DNA of 64,000 nucleotides from Sphagnum compactum. Taxonomy: Eukaryota. The DNA lies in the NCBI GenBank assembly GCA_965153455.1, contig OZ234493.1, positions 6,810,213 through 6,874,212 of the forward strand, in the 5' to 3' direction. Shown piece after piece: positions 13,413 to 26,300 of the stretch (position 1 is its first letter; each line of letters starts with the position of its first letter). The notes beneath the pieces were generated by a model. The model was not told the origin of the DNA. It worked only from the letters and a program-made list of their open reading frames with translations, and ran no database searches. The translations under genes were made by a program, and so were the position numbers.

Positions 13413-13576
13413 CTCTCAACTAAAATGTACTGTTTCAATAAAAGCGTATTGAAAGTACAAATAGGCAAATAGTAAATTCATGGGAACCTGAAAATGACTT
13501 CCCACAAAGAATGGACAGCAACAGCATTCAACACCATTTTTAACAGTCCTTGACCTGCCCTACCTTGCTTTTCTCA

Positions 13577-13958
13577 ACTTAATTAATTGAAGCGTTAAGC
13601 TGGTTACAGAACGTTTTGTGCCCCAACATCTGAATGTTACTTATTCGACTGTATCTTCGCCTGCAAAAACTGTGAGCAAAATCCCCTCAAAATGGTTTGC
13701 CCCATGGTAACTTGACAATTATCACACATAGCAGTAAACAGGACGACAGTGTAAAAACCGCAAAATCACTTAATTAATTGAAGCGTTAAGCTGGTTACAG
13801 AACGTTTTGTGCCCCAACATCTGAATGTTACTTATTCGACTGTATCTTCGCCTGCAAAAACTGTGAGCAAAATCCCCTCAAAATGGTTTGCCCCATGGTA
13901 ACTTGACAATTATCACACATAGCAGTAAACAGGACGACAGTGTAAAAACCGCAAAATC
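13577..13958. repeat. Direct tandem duplication, 2 x 191 bp
   Basis: 13577-13767 and 13768-13958 both read ACTTAATTAATTGAAGCGTTAAGCTGG...GTGTAAAAACCGCAAAATC, with no differences that I could see. Confidence 0.95.
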
Positions 13959-14734
13959 TGATTCTGAATTTCTTCAGCCTTGTCGGGAAATTTTATGCAA
14001 ATTTCTATCTCTCAATTTCAATTCACACAAATCTTCTCAGATTTACAGGATTGCCAACATCTGCCGAGATCTGATATAATTCTAATGACCAGATCTGGCT
14101 CGGCAATTACTCCAACAATGGCGCAATATTAGATGAGTCATCCTCCATCAGAATCTTGTGAGTCAGAGTTGTGATCATCATATGGGGCCGTGGGTCCTAT
14201 AGAGAAAAAAGGAAGATCAGAAGCTTATGGATCAGTGCCAGGCAAGTGGACTGCTGTCATGGCACTCCAAAGTTCCCGCTCAAGGATTCCTTCTCGTACC
14301 AAAAGTCTACGGACTAATTTAGGGTCCGGGGATGATGCTGCTCTGGAAAAGTGATGCCGTGACCGCACTCCCAAGTTGGCAGAAATGGAGCATAAAAAGG
14401 GCCCAACCCAGTGACTCCTCTCACACAGCTCATTTAATCTCCTTCCCACTATGACAGTTTGCATCAGAGTGACCCATTGCCGAACTTCGGGTGTACACAC
14501 ACAGCAGCGCAGAGGGACCCACACTAGGGACGCCTGGATTTCTTGCCACGCTCTGATCACTCAGTATACCTCTCAGTCCTAGAACACTAGGAAGCTGTTA
14601 CTCTTCTCTCGGCCTTGGGCTTTTCAGAGCTCAGACAACGACATCTTGCAGAGTCTGTTTGTTTCCTTGTATCATTTTGTATGCAATTTCCCTTAATTCC
14701 TAGTAATGAGCGACCTCGATCCAGTCTAAATTCC

Positions 14735-14741
14735 TATAAAT
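14735..14741 (+). promoter_or_regulatory. Candidate TATA box (CTATAAAT context) in the CpG-rich region upstream of the TRN1-like gene
   Basis: ttccTATAAATctgg lies in a ~14.1-15.6 kb stretch that retains CpG, unlike the flanking CpG-depleted DNA. A G-box CACGTG is at 15182-15187. Confidence 0.3.
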
Positions 14742-17622
14742 CTGGATCTCCCCGCGCCACAAACTGTCGTTTCTATTTGTGTGTTTGAACTCTTTTAACT
14801 CAAGTGTCTAGTGTTATTGAACGTCCAAACCAAGTAAGAAGGGCGCTGCATCCTCGTTCCTGGGTATCGACAACCTGCCGAATCTCTCCCTCTGTGCATG
14901 CCCCGACCACACCGGAGTTTCATGTAAGCACGTTGTCTCTCGCTGGGCGCGCTCCAGAAATATACAGTACAGATCACTAGTCGATCTCTCTACGGTAAAG
15001 GACGATAGCTGCAGATGAGGAGTGTACATATTTGCACTTTGAATGATCTGGGTGAGTGATTCTTTGATGAATACTAAATTTTCAACTTGTGATCGTGGAT
15101 TCACACGCATCTAGCGAGTTTGTAGAGGTCGGTATCCTAACATTAATAGGTATGGTAATGGACAGGTGTGCTTGGTAGGACCACGTGATTACAGCGGACC
15201 CACGTAGTAGAAATCAAAGAACCATATCAAGGCGTAGTGATGGTGTGAGCCTTGGACATGAGACGGTGACCTATGCAGGCCCGAGGTACTCCAGGTTCAT
15301 GTCTGCTTACCGCAAGGATCACCCAAGGCAAGCCCTCGGTTCCTATAACTCCAGTTCAAACTATCAGAGGCCCTACATAGTTTTTCACAGTTACATCTAT
15401 TCTCTTTCTCTACAAGAGAGAACTGTGTAGACTTGCACTCTTTGTAGCGTGGTTTTCTTTCAGCTGCCGCATCTGGCTGTAAGCTTTGTGATCGTAGTGA
15501 GTACTAAAGGAACAACATAATATATTCTGCAGCTTCTCTAGCGTTCGTCTGCCTTGGTCGGGCAGTAGTGCGAGATGAAAATAAAAGTTCCAAAACCCTT
15601 GTCCGACAAACCATCAACTTTTCAGACACCTATATCTAAATTGTGGCAAATGTTTGGGCTGCAGATATATCCAGGGAAAGAGTTCCTTGGCCCCGATTCA
15701 CTGGTTCTCGAGGAAGGGCTATGTGACTGGAGTAGGTGACTCTGTTTGTTGAACATCTCCGAGAATTCTCCTTTTAAACCAGGGTTGTTCGCAATCTATT
15801 GAATGCTCTAGATCTCCCAATAATTTTGTGCAATTATGTAAGGTTTGTCTGATTGTATGAACACTTCGAGTGTGCCTGGATTTCAATCATGTCAAAAGGG
15901 ATTTTATTACGGTAGCACATAGTACAAGTTCGAGAATAATATATGCGATGATATAATAAGTTGCTTCCTACTGACCGAAAGTTATGACAGGTGCAAGATT
16001 GGGGAGGAGAATAGTTTTGCAAAGTGTGTTGGAGTGAAAGGAAGCGGGTGCAACTGTTGTTGATAGAAATCAATAGCTATTAATTGAAGGAGAGAAACCA
16101 AAGAATTTTGGCATCTATTTCCCTGTATAGGAGGAATCGTAGCCGGAGTTGAAAGAATAATTATTTTCTGATCGACTTATTCCCATCTATTGCTCAATTC
16201 ATTTACTAATTTTTGAAGGTATGAAATACTCACAGTAGTTGTCTGTTCACTGAGAAATGGGCCAGTTTGTCCAGCAATAAACTGTCAAAGAATGAAGCTT
16301 AGAAACAAATTATGAGACCTAGGATGTTGATGCGCAGAGGTCGGTATCTGGTTACTGAAACAAACATGGGTTTAGCACATATGAGGATGTTGGGGAAATT
16401 TCCAGGTGTCTATATATTGCAATGTGCACTCAAATTGATAGTGATAATAAGCTCAAATTCTTGCAATTGCAGGTTGTCGTCACTATTCATTCATTGCTTT
16501 TGAAAACTTGGAACTCGAGCTTCTTGAGGAGACTATGACATTTTACAGCAACAGAAAGAGTCTGACGCTGAAGTGGAAAGCAAGGTAAATATCGGGGAAC
16601 CCCTCTCTGGCAGAGTGCTCAACTTAACTTGCAAGAAAGTACAGCTTCATTGGGTTTCTCTCTGTGTTCTGTAACATCCATACCCATATTCACTCGTAGT
16701 GATATTCCCATTTCTTCCAAGAAGGGCGTGTAGACTTAGAATGGAAATCTGAGGAAAAGCTTCCAAACAATTTCTGAGCTAATAATTTGTCGAAAGAGAG
16801 AGTGTAATTTGTGAATGAGGCTGGCCAATGCTGACTACTTGCGATCAGTTCATGCAGGCAAGGAAGATCCTAAAGAATCGTGGAACAGTCTTTTCTTTCT
16901 TGAGATACTGTCTGGAGCCCCAGTCCTCACGTATGGATTCGTTTCCATCCTTTTCAAGCAGGCTTTCGTTATAATCACGAAGTGTTGAGTGCTGGTTTGG
17001 CACGACCGACATGCCAAATCCTCCGTGCAGGCACTTTCATTTGGCTTAGATTTTTTCACCAGAAGATTCACATGAACTTATATCAAGGTTCTCTATGAAC
17101 ATTATTATAATCGCGAACTTGGAGGGAGAGCTGGCCAAACAGATTGGAGGAGTGACGCCCATTTAAAAGTCCCTTCTTTGATTTGTAGAAAATCAACGTA
17201 TGTGATTTACACTTCTGATCCCCATGTCCACACTCATAATGTCCAGTGCTTAGTGTGCAAATCCAAAGCTAAGCTCAAGTATTGTGTGAACCATGTATCG
17301 GGATGGGAAGGGTAGCATATGTGCAATAATACAAGTAGCTCAAATGAAAGGTTGAACCATAATGGCACTGATTTGACTAAGTTTATGCTTGGAACACAAG
17401 ATTGGTGTAAATCTCAATGTACTCCAGAAATTGTACACTTGGATATAGTTTACGAAACTAGTACCATCATTCAAACTTCAAAACTACAATATTCCATCAG
17501 GTGGCAGTCATTGTGAGAAGAAGATCTGGATATGTGAAGCGTTGGAGGATCTTACAAGAAGTTTCATTGATGTTATAATGTTGCAGATGTGATTGTGATC
17601 CGCCTCCAACAATTGTTGGAAA

Positions 17623-20600
17623 ATGGAGTTGGAGGCATCTTTCGTGGCGATTAATGATCCAGGCGATCGAAATCTAGGCGAGCACCAGGGATCACGTAGC
17701 AATGACTCAGGGAAACAAATTCCACAAGAACATTCTCTATCAGAGATCATCCTTTTTGAAACATCGCATGAGTCTAGCGGAATTCCTGACCAAGAATTTC
17801 AACAAGTGGAAAGTCACGATCTTTCAAGCCTCGATCAGCTTCGCGCTAAGAAAATGCTTTCAAATTCTCCACCACCAAAACGAAATTTAGTGTATCTTAT
17901 CAAACCTGGTCGAGGATGGGAAACTTGTGATGAGGTTATCTCCATCCTAAGAGAATCTCAATTAGTTGAACTAAATTTTGCTATAAGCAATTTCGAGGAG
18001 GATGGATCCATTGAAGCATATAGAGAAGATTGCATGCATCTTTTTGATGTTATCGGTAAATGTGAAAGCTTGAAATCAATTGGGATGAATGATTCGGAGG
18101 AGTTCAATGTGGAGGAAATTTTGCTTTTACGTCCAGCGTTGGAGAAACGCATTGAGGGCTTTCAGTTAGATGTAATTGGTTGCGACCAAAGAGGAATGAC
18201 AATTTTACGTGAAATGTTGGCCAAGAATAATGTCCTTAAACATGTATGCTTTTGGGACGTTGCAGATGGACAATTGGCAATTTTATGTGGAATTTTGCCA
18301 AAAAACCATACCTTTAAGCCAATTTTGGATCTTTTATTATCGCCAGCTGTAACAATCTCTGGAGCTGCGTCCTTGGTGTCAATATTGGGTATGACTTCAA
18401 TTGTGAAGAGTTTGGACATTAGCGACACCAGAAATTTATTGGGCTCTAGTGGACTCGAGATGATACTCGGTCCCCTTATTGGTCACTTGGAGAGTCCACC
18501 TGCTAATCAATCAGTGAACGAGCTTATGTTAGGGGGATGTAATATTGGACGAGATGGAGGAGCAATCAAGGCTGTTGTTGAAATGTTGGGCACAAACAAA
18601 ACCCTTATGAGATTTTCAATATATGGGGACCCCACTTTAAAACCAGTGATAATACTCCATCCCCTTACTGGTCACTTGGGGAATCCACCTGTTAACCAAT
18701 CACTCAAAGAACTTCTCTTTTGGCGAAATAATATTGGAGAAGATGGAGGAGCAGTTAAGGCTATTGCTCAAATGTTACGCACAAACAACAGCCTTACAAA
18801 GTTTTCAATAGTGAATGACCACACTTTAAAACCGTCCGATGTGTGTACAATTTTGAGTTCATTGGAGAACAACCAATCTCTTCGGGAACTGGGATTTTGG
18901 ACTTGCGACGGTGTTGAAGGACCTGACGTGTTGGGCAAGATAATGGATCTCCTTCGAGTTAACCCTTGGTTGACAGGTATTGACTTGCACTTCACTCCAT
19001 TGGAACGACAGGGACAATCTGCACAAGTGAGTGCACAACTGGAAAGAAATGCCCAAGATTATATGAAAGTGGTGAGGGGCATGCCTCGAGTACTGCCCAA
19101 GTTTATAAAAGTATTTTTATGTGGGAATGCATACTCAGGCAAGCCCTTCAACTCTACTTCTATAGAAAAACATCTTTTCCATATCAATTTCCTATGAAGC
19201 CAACAATGTTTGTTGAATTGGACACTACTTGTATAGTTCTTTGGCATAAATAGAAATGACATTTCATTAAGCACACAATATCTCACCATCAAAATTATTA
19301 TTTTACATGTAAATTACCATGGACATGTCATATTAACTATAAAAGTTCTTGACAAATAATCAATTAATAAATTCAATATATCTTGTCAAACCTTATTGTT
19401 ATAACCTATCATCTATCCATAATTGGGTATTGGGTAAAGTTATCCACATGTCTTTGCATGTTAAAAGCATTTGTTTCCTTCCCAAAAGATTAAAACCTAA
19501 TTTTTTTACAACTAGAAAGGAGTATTTTCATTTGAACAGTTTCAAAATGACCAACTAGAATGTTCACTGTCAAATTTTTTCAAAGACATTCAATTGGGCT
19601 TTATCTAGTAAATTCTTTCATTCATGTATCCCTAATTGAGAGGTCAAAGATGGACATTATAATGCGTGTGCAATAATTTTTTAATGCCATGAACTCTTTA
19701 CAAACACATTTTGTAAAAAACAAATTGTTCAAACCATCATCTAGTCAAAAGTATGGCAATCGTAAGGACAAACAAAAATACTCTAGATGGTTGGTGCTTT
19801 GCTTTAATAGTGCCACTTGTTAGCAATTGAAAAACTATATAATAACTTGAAAAATAACACTATACATAAATCCATGCTTTGTTTGATAACAAAATGTATA
19901 ATCATATAATATATATTTGTGGATAATTAATCCAACACACTTCTTATGTATTTATAAACAAAGATTTCAAGGAGTTTCTTTTGTTTCAATGCTTTGGTTG
20001 AAGGAAAATAGTTTTAATGTTTTAATGAAAGTTCATTGGTAACGCCCTTGGTTCAAAACAAGCTCAAAAATCAAGATAAAATATTTTAGGATGTATATTT
20101 GTTGACAGTTCAATTAAATCTTCGTACAAACTAGGGTTCATTTTCAAGTTTACAAACATTTCATATGAATCACACCATATACCTAATGTGACATGTTAAG
20201 GTTTCTTAATTTGATCATGTTGTAAAAAAACTCCATTTGAAAATATGCATGGTTATTTCATCATTATAAAATATTTGAACTTTCAATTGCGCATTCAAAT
20301 ACACCAAACGCTAAAATTTGAATCTAACTCTTTTTCACCAACATGTACAGGCAAAACTACATTAAGGAGATCAATGGCTAGGAGTCTTGAGAAAGGAATC
20401 AAATCCCATTTCATTCCATTGGTGGAGATCATTGAATTGCGAAAAACTTTCAAATGTTGTTTCAATGATCCAAATGAATGGGACAAAAGAACACGAGGGA
20501 TAAATATTAAGGTTCTTGTGGATAACCTTGACATGAAGGTTTCCATATGGGATCTTGCAGGCCAAGATGAGTACCACGCTTTCCATGATATGATGCTCCC

Positions 20601-23386
20601 AGATTTGAGCACTCAAGGGAATGTGTGTTACTTTCTTTTGGTTTGTAACCCTTTTCTTTGGGATCACTCGGGGAAGCCAAAGACTCCACAAGAACTTGAA
20701 GCTGAGTTTTCTTATTGGTTGAGATTTATTTCATCAAACACAAAAAGGTCATCCAACTTTGCACCACGAGTGACAATTGTGTCGACAAACAATGACCAAG
20801 AATACATTCATAAACAATTTTTGGATCCTTGTGTGAGAAAATTGAAGGCAAGATTTGTTGATTTCATCAACTTATCTTCAAATACCCATTCAATCAATGC
20901 ACATTGTTCCCAACAAGCAAAACAAATGTTGAAAGATGTGACCACTACTTGCAAAAATGTCCTTGAAAATTTGCCTAAGGTTTATGAAATATGTTTACAA
21001 GTGCAACTTGGTATATGTCAATGGATCAACGAACATCCCAACCAACCCATTGTGAGCATGCAAATCTTTGAACGAGAAATATTTGCTAAAACCGCTTCTC
21101 AATTGCAAGTATTCGCACCTCAGTTGGCCCAACCAGAATTGGAGAAACCACACATTGCAATAGCAATGTTTTTGCATGATGCAGGGGAGATTATTTACTT
21201 CAAGAACGAGGATTTTGTTGTTTTGAATTTGAATTGGTTTTGCCACAAGATGATGGGTCACTTAATCAAGCTTCGAGGACATGTGGAAAGTACGAATTTG
21301 GCAAAAACATTTCCTAATGGCTTTGGGGAAATGGAACATCTTGAAATCCTTTTGGGATCCTCTTTGAAAGCTACCGCTAATTTGGTGGGCCTAAAGAAGG
21401 ATGAAATCCTCCATTATCTTGTTCGTTTGATGGTCAAGATGGATTTTGCATATGAAATTAGCATTGTGGGAGAATCTGACTCCCAAAGTGTAACACACCT
21501 TTTTGTTCCCACTACATTACAATTTGATCAAAGTGTTGCGAAAGGTGAACGACGTTTGAAATGGACTTCACAATTTTCTTCTGATGCGGAGGTTATTTAT
21601 ATTGGACAAAGATTGCAATGTGGTGACCAAGAGCACACGACCCTTACCCCAGGGCTCTTTCCTCGAATTCAAGTAAGAACAAAACCAATCTAACTTGAAC
21701 TTGAAAAACAAGCATTATCATGTTAGAAATGTAGCATAGAATTGATTATAATCTTGCTCACAAATATAAGTTTATTTTCTATAATTGTTGGGTTTTCACA
21801 CTAGAATCTTGACATGGCAATGAAAAACCTTTTTGTAGGTGGCGTTGCATAATCATTTCGAAGTCAATTGGAGATATGGACAACATGTGAATGAGAGAAA
21901 TCTCATGAAAATATGGAGAGATGGTTTGGAAATCTTCGTCGAGTTGAGTGGTGATGAAATGGGTGGTCATGTTTTCATTGATGTGCTCGTGAAATCTACA
22001 AAAACCAAGTTAAAATCCCTTCAACTTGTGAATGATCATGTCTTGAGCCAAATTGAACACTTGTGTAGTGTTGCCCAAGGTTGTCAAGGGGTTGCACTTG
22101 TGAGAGGGGTGTTGAGGCCAAAAGTTGTGAAAAACCTAGTGTTATGCAAAAATAGAAGGAATCAATCAGTGTTGGTTGAAGACCTTAAACAAGAGTTGGT
22201 TGAAGACCTCAAACAAGAGTTGTTGGTAGAAAACTTTGAATTATCACAATGTGTGCATACATGGCCACAAGTGGATGTACCTCTAGATGATCCTGATTAC
22301 TTAAGCATTAGTATGGATGACAAGGTCACATCACTTTTGGGTGAATTGCAAACATTAGAGGTGTTAGAAAGACATTTTCGAAACCTCAAGAATGCGGAGA
22401 TGGATGTTGACAACTTTCATGTTGATAACATGTCAATGGAGAATGCAAGAGATATTTTCCAAAGTGACAATGAAACTTTGGATGTTAAGCCACAAGGCTC
22501 ATTTCATCAAAATTCATCCAAATTTTCAAACAACTTGCAACATCGTGACATTAGCAACAATGATGTTGTTGCTGAAATAAGATCAATGGAAAATAGGATC
22601 ATTGATGGTGTCAAACAAGAATTACAATCTATGGAGAAGAGGTTGGAAAACCGAATCATTCACACATGTGAGGAAATTCGAGTTATGGAACAAACCTTGT
22701 ATGGAAAGGTGACAATGAAGGTGGATGGGATCATGAACCTGATCTTGCAATTGGACCAACGACAAGTGCCATGCAATTTTTATTTCACCACGCCTGGGAC
22801 GAAACGTAATCGTCAACTTGTCATGAAACTATTATCTGGAATGGAAATTATCCATCTGCATTTGTTATGTGAGCATGTTGATGGCATTCATGTTGTGAAA
22901 AAACAAAAAGGTGTTGAGATTAAGTTGTCCACATCAGCAACAAGGGAAAAAATTAATCATTTAATCATGGCTAGTCTCACAGTTTTTTCCCTTCTTGTGA
23001 AAGTGGGTGCCCATGTGACAGCAGGAATTGGTAACATGATACCAGATATTGGGCACATTATTGCATTGACTTGCGACACAAAATGTCTTAATGACTACTT
23101 ACCTGATTCCAAAGGAAGTAACCACCAATCCATAATCACAAATCTACCTACTTCAAGTGATGCATTAATGGCAATGCAAGGAAATGGAAAAAAGGCTGCT
23201 GAACAATGGCTTGTGAACTTTTTAAAGGGAAAAGAAATATTAGATTTATTTACTTTGAGGAGGGTTAAATATGTTAAGATAACAAATTGTAATGAAGGCT
23301 ATCCTATTCGGTGGGTTTGTGAACACCATTGGAAAGAAGGTATAGAGAGAGGCACACTAGAAGATTGTGCATTCAAACCTACTTAA
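17623..23386 (+). CDS. TRN1: TORNADO1-like LRR-Roc-COR (Roco) GTPase, ~1461 aa; exons 17623-19138, 20351-21672, 21839-23386
   Basis: Ribonuclease-inhibitor-like LRRs (NQSLKELLFWRNNIGEDGGAVKAIAQML..N.SL). Splicing restores the P-loop VFLCGNAYSG|KTTL (GC donor 19139, AG 20349-20350). Also G2 RTRGI, G3 IWDLAGQDEYHAFHD, YWLRFISSN, COR-region LHDAGEIIYF, GLFPRIQ|VALHN (GT 21673, AG 21837-21838), and C-terminal LHLLCEH...AAEQWL...RWVCEHH. All are TRN1-family hallmarks. Exon lengths sum to 4386 nt, in frame. It is probably a diverged paralog rather than the strict ortholog. Confidence 0.88.
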
Positions 23387-26300
23387 GGTGGTTCTTTTAA
23401 TTTTATAGACCTTATACATGCCAATGCAATTCATTTTTATTTGAGATCATGAAAAGGTTTCTTTTTTCACTTTTGTGGTGTAGCCACATTAATAACCATC
23501 CATAAGAAGATTTAGCCAAATTTACCTATAGGAGAAGTAGTATGATCAATTATTTTTGTAATTTTGTTGTTGTCTTGCAAATTGCAAAAACAAGAGCTTG
23601 AAATCTAGTCAACCTAGTCCAAAGACCATTTTTTCTAGTAATTTATGTCAAAAATTTCCAAACAAAACATTTGTAGGGATTGTAGCCTAATTGTTTTCCA
23701 CAATTTGGTAAAAGTTTGCACAAAAAAAACCCATTGATCATGAGATTACAACCAACATGGAATATGATATTAGTTTGTAGATCTTACATACATTAGGATA
23801 CACAATTATGCTTGTAGATGTCCTTAATTGGTCAAAATGTTTGATTTAAGTGTTTGATAGAAATATCCTTGTCATCAAAATCAAATGTCTTACAACAATT
23901 TCAATTTCAATTTCAATTTTCTCAAACATTCATAGATCACTTTGACACTAGACATAAAACTATTTGAATATTCATTTTTTTGGTTTGGGGAAATAATTAA
24001 CTAACTATAATCTTTAAATAGTTCGTGATTTCGAAAAACTACATAAATGTTTTTAACATCTATTTGATTGGTAAAAAGGTTGGTCTTGAATGGATGTTGG
24101 TGAATGGATTTCATAATAAAGATGTTACATTCAAGATTATAATGTGTGATGGGAAAATGTGTAGAATCAAATGGAACCCATAATTCTTATTTTTAATTAT
24201 CAATCATAATTACATGAATTCATAAGTTTATGATTATTTAGTCATGGGTTGCTAAAAACATATGTTAGATTTAGTTGGTTTGAATAGTGTTCATATTTTA
24301 AATAATTGAAATAATAATGAAGTTAATCATCTTTGCTAGTTTGTCAATACTATAGGAAGGAAACATTGTTCATTTAAACCTTCTAAAGTGGTTTGAACTT
24401 TTTGACATTCCTAGGATTCAATCAAGTAGCTATAGACTTTACATATGAAGACAAATGGACATTTTTATTTGGGATGAATGCATGATTTGGTCATTTTGTT
24501 TAACTTTTCAATATTGCAAGAAAAAGTTAATTTCGAAAAATAAATAGCTTGAAATATAATAAACACCATTGTTCTCATATTTAATCCTCAAATTACGATA
24601 GTGGGTGTCAATGTTATGAATTTAATAGGTAATTTTGGTGTGTAAATAGTTAGGTGCAATTGTTAAAATCAATGTATTTCAAGATTTTGCTTGGACTAAA
24701 ATTTGGTGAAAACATTCTATAAAGTAATTGGAGCACAATTTCCTTGCATTGGTCTATTAAAATTACTTGATTGTTGAGACCCAAAATGATAAAAGGTTTA
24801 CAAAGTGTCTTTATATGACATAAAACAAATGATAGAATGTCACTAAAGTTTTTGAGGTTCAATAGGTTGAAAATTTGACATAAAATTTGACTTGAATTAA
24901 GAGCTTAATTGTGGGTGACAAAAGAGAGATTAAACTAAGTTTTCTACATCATTTTCATGAAGTTCCAGTAAAGCATAACATTTGCTTACAATTGGTAACA
25001 TAGAAAATGTAATTAGGCTTTTAATTGTTGAATGTTAACAATTGATTATTATTTCAAGGGGTCCAAATGGTTATAAAGAACCACCTTAAGACATAACTAT
25101 GACTTAATTTCATTTGTGATAAATGATAACTTCAATCATTTGAGGTTTTTTAATCAACTTCTACAACTATATTTTTTATGTATTATGTGAACATTTGGCA
25201 AAATTTGAAATGAAGCTAATAAGTATTAAATATTGATTTTTATTTAAAAGATCATTTGCTAACTGCTTAAAACATTGTTTTCACTATTTAAAAGACTTTT
25301 TGAATGATTTCAAAAAAAAAAAAATTAAAAAAAAACAATTATGGGAATTCTTTTAGGACCTTCACATATTAACATAATGCAACATCTTTTTGAGTCATAA
25401 CAATGAAATCAAACAAAAAAATCAATTTGTAAAATATCATTCTATGAATATTCTACCATTAAGGAATTCAATCCTTGAATACAACCAAATGATAAAATTA
25501 TATATGCTAAAAATTAGGTATTAAACTTGGGATCATTTCAAAGTCCTAAACAAATTAATGATTTGCATCAACTCATTAGTTGGTGGGATATTGTTCATAT
25601 ATATCTAAAACCATTTTCATTTTATTTGTTATTTTTATTCAAATTTTTCATATATATTACAATTTGTATAAAAGGTTTTGTCAAATTGCTTTTTGTTAAT
25701 CAAATTATCAAAAGAAATTGGCATTTTCCTTTAAAGGATGAAAATAATTTTAAACAATAATATTTTTACACTAGGTGTTTAATGAAGATCATTACTTCAT
25801 GTAATACTTCATGTAAGAAATTGAAGGTTAAACATGTTCAATGTTGGGCCAAAGTTAACCTAACCCAATTTTGATTAGGAAGTCTAGGGTGGTTAAAAAA
25901 GTTTTGGGGTGAACTAGAAGGTCTAAAGGGTTAGGTTTGTGCCTATGACCTTATCCTTGTAAGACTAGGTGGATGGCCTGGTTAAAATAATGGAAGGAGT
26001 AGGTTGGTTGAATTAGGATAAAGTTGAATGCCTTATCTTTGTCCAACCTTGCCAAACCTACTGGATAAGAAGGTCCAGATGGGGGGGTGAACTTCCTAGA
26101 AGTTTATAGCAATTAGGGGTCTTACATGGTTGGGTGGACCAAAATTTAGCAAAAAACAACCTGGCCCAAAGTCCATTTTGCAAGCTTTATAATGTGCACG
26201 GTGTTAACACATGATGATGACAAAATGATATTTATCCATTCTTAGCAATTTTTTCCATATGTGATTTGTGCATTGTAAAGGCTAATGATTTATATAAATC

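Noticed and set aside
17623-23386. Three separate genes (524, 482 and 515 aa ORFs)
   Set aside because: Splice sites join them in frame and rebuild motifs (P-loop, FPRIQ|VALHN) that are split across the ORFs.
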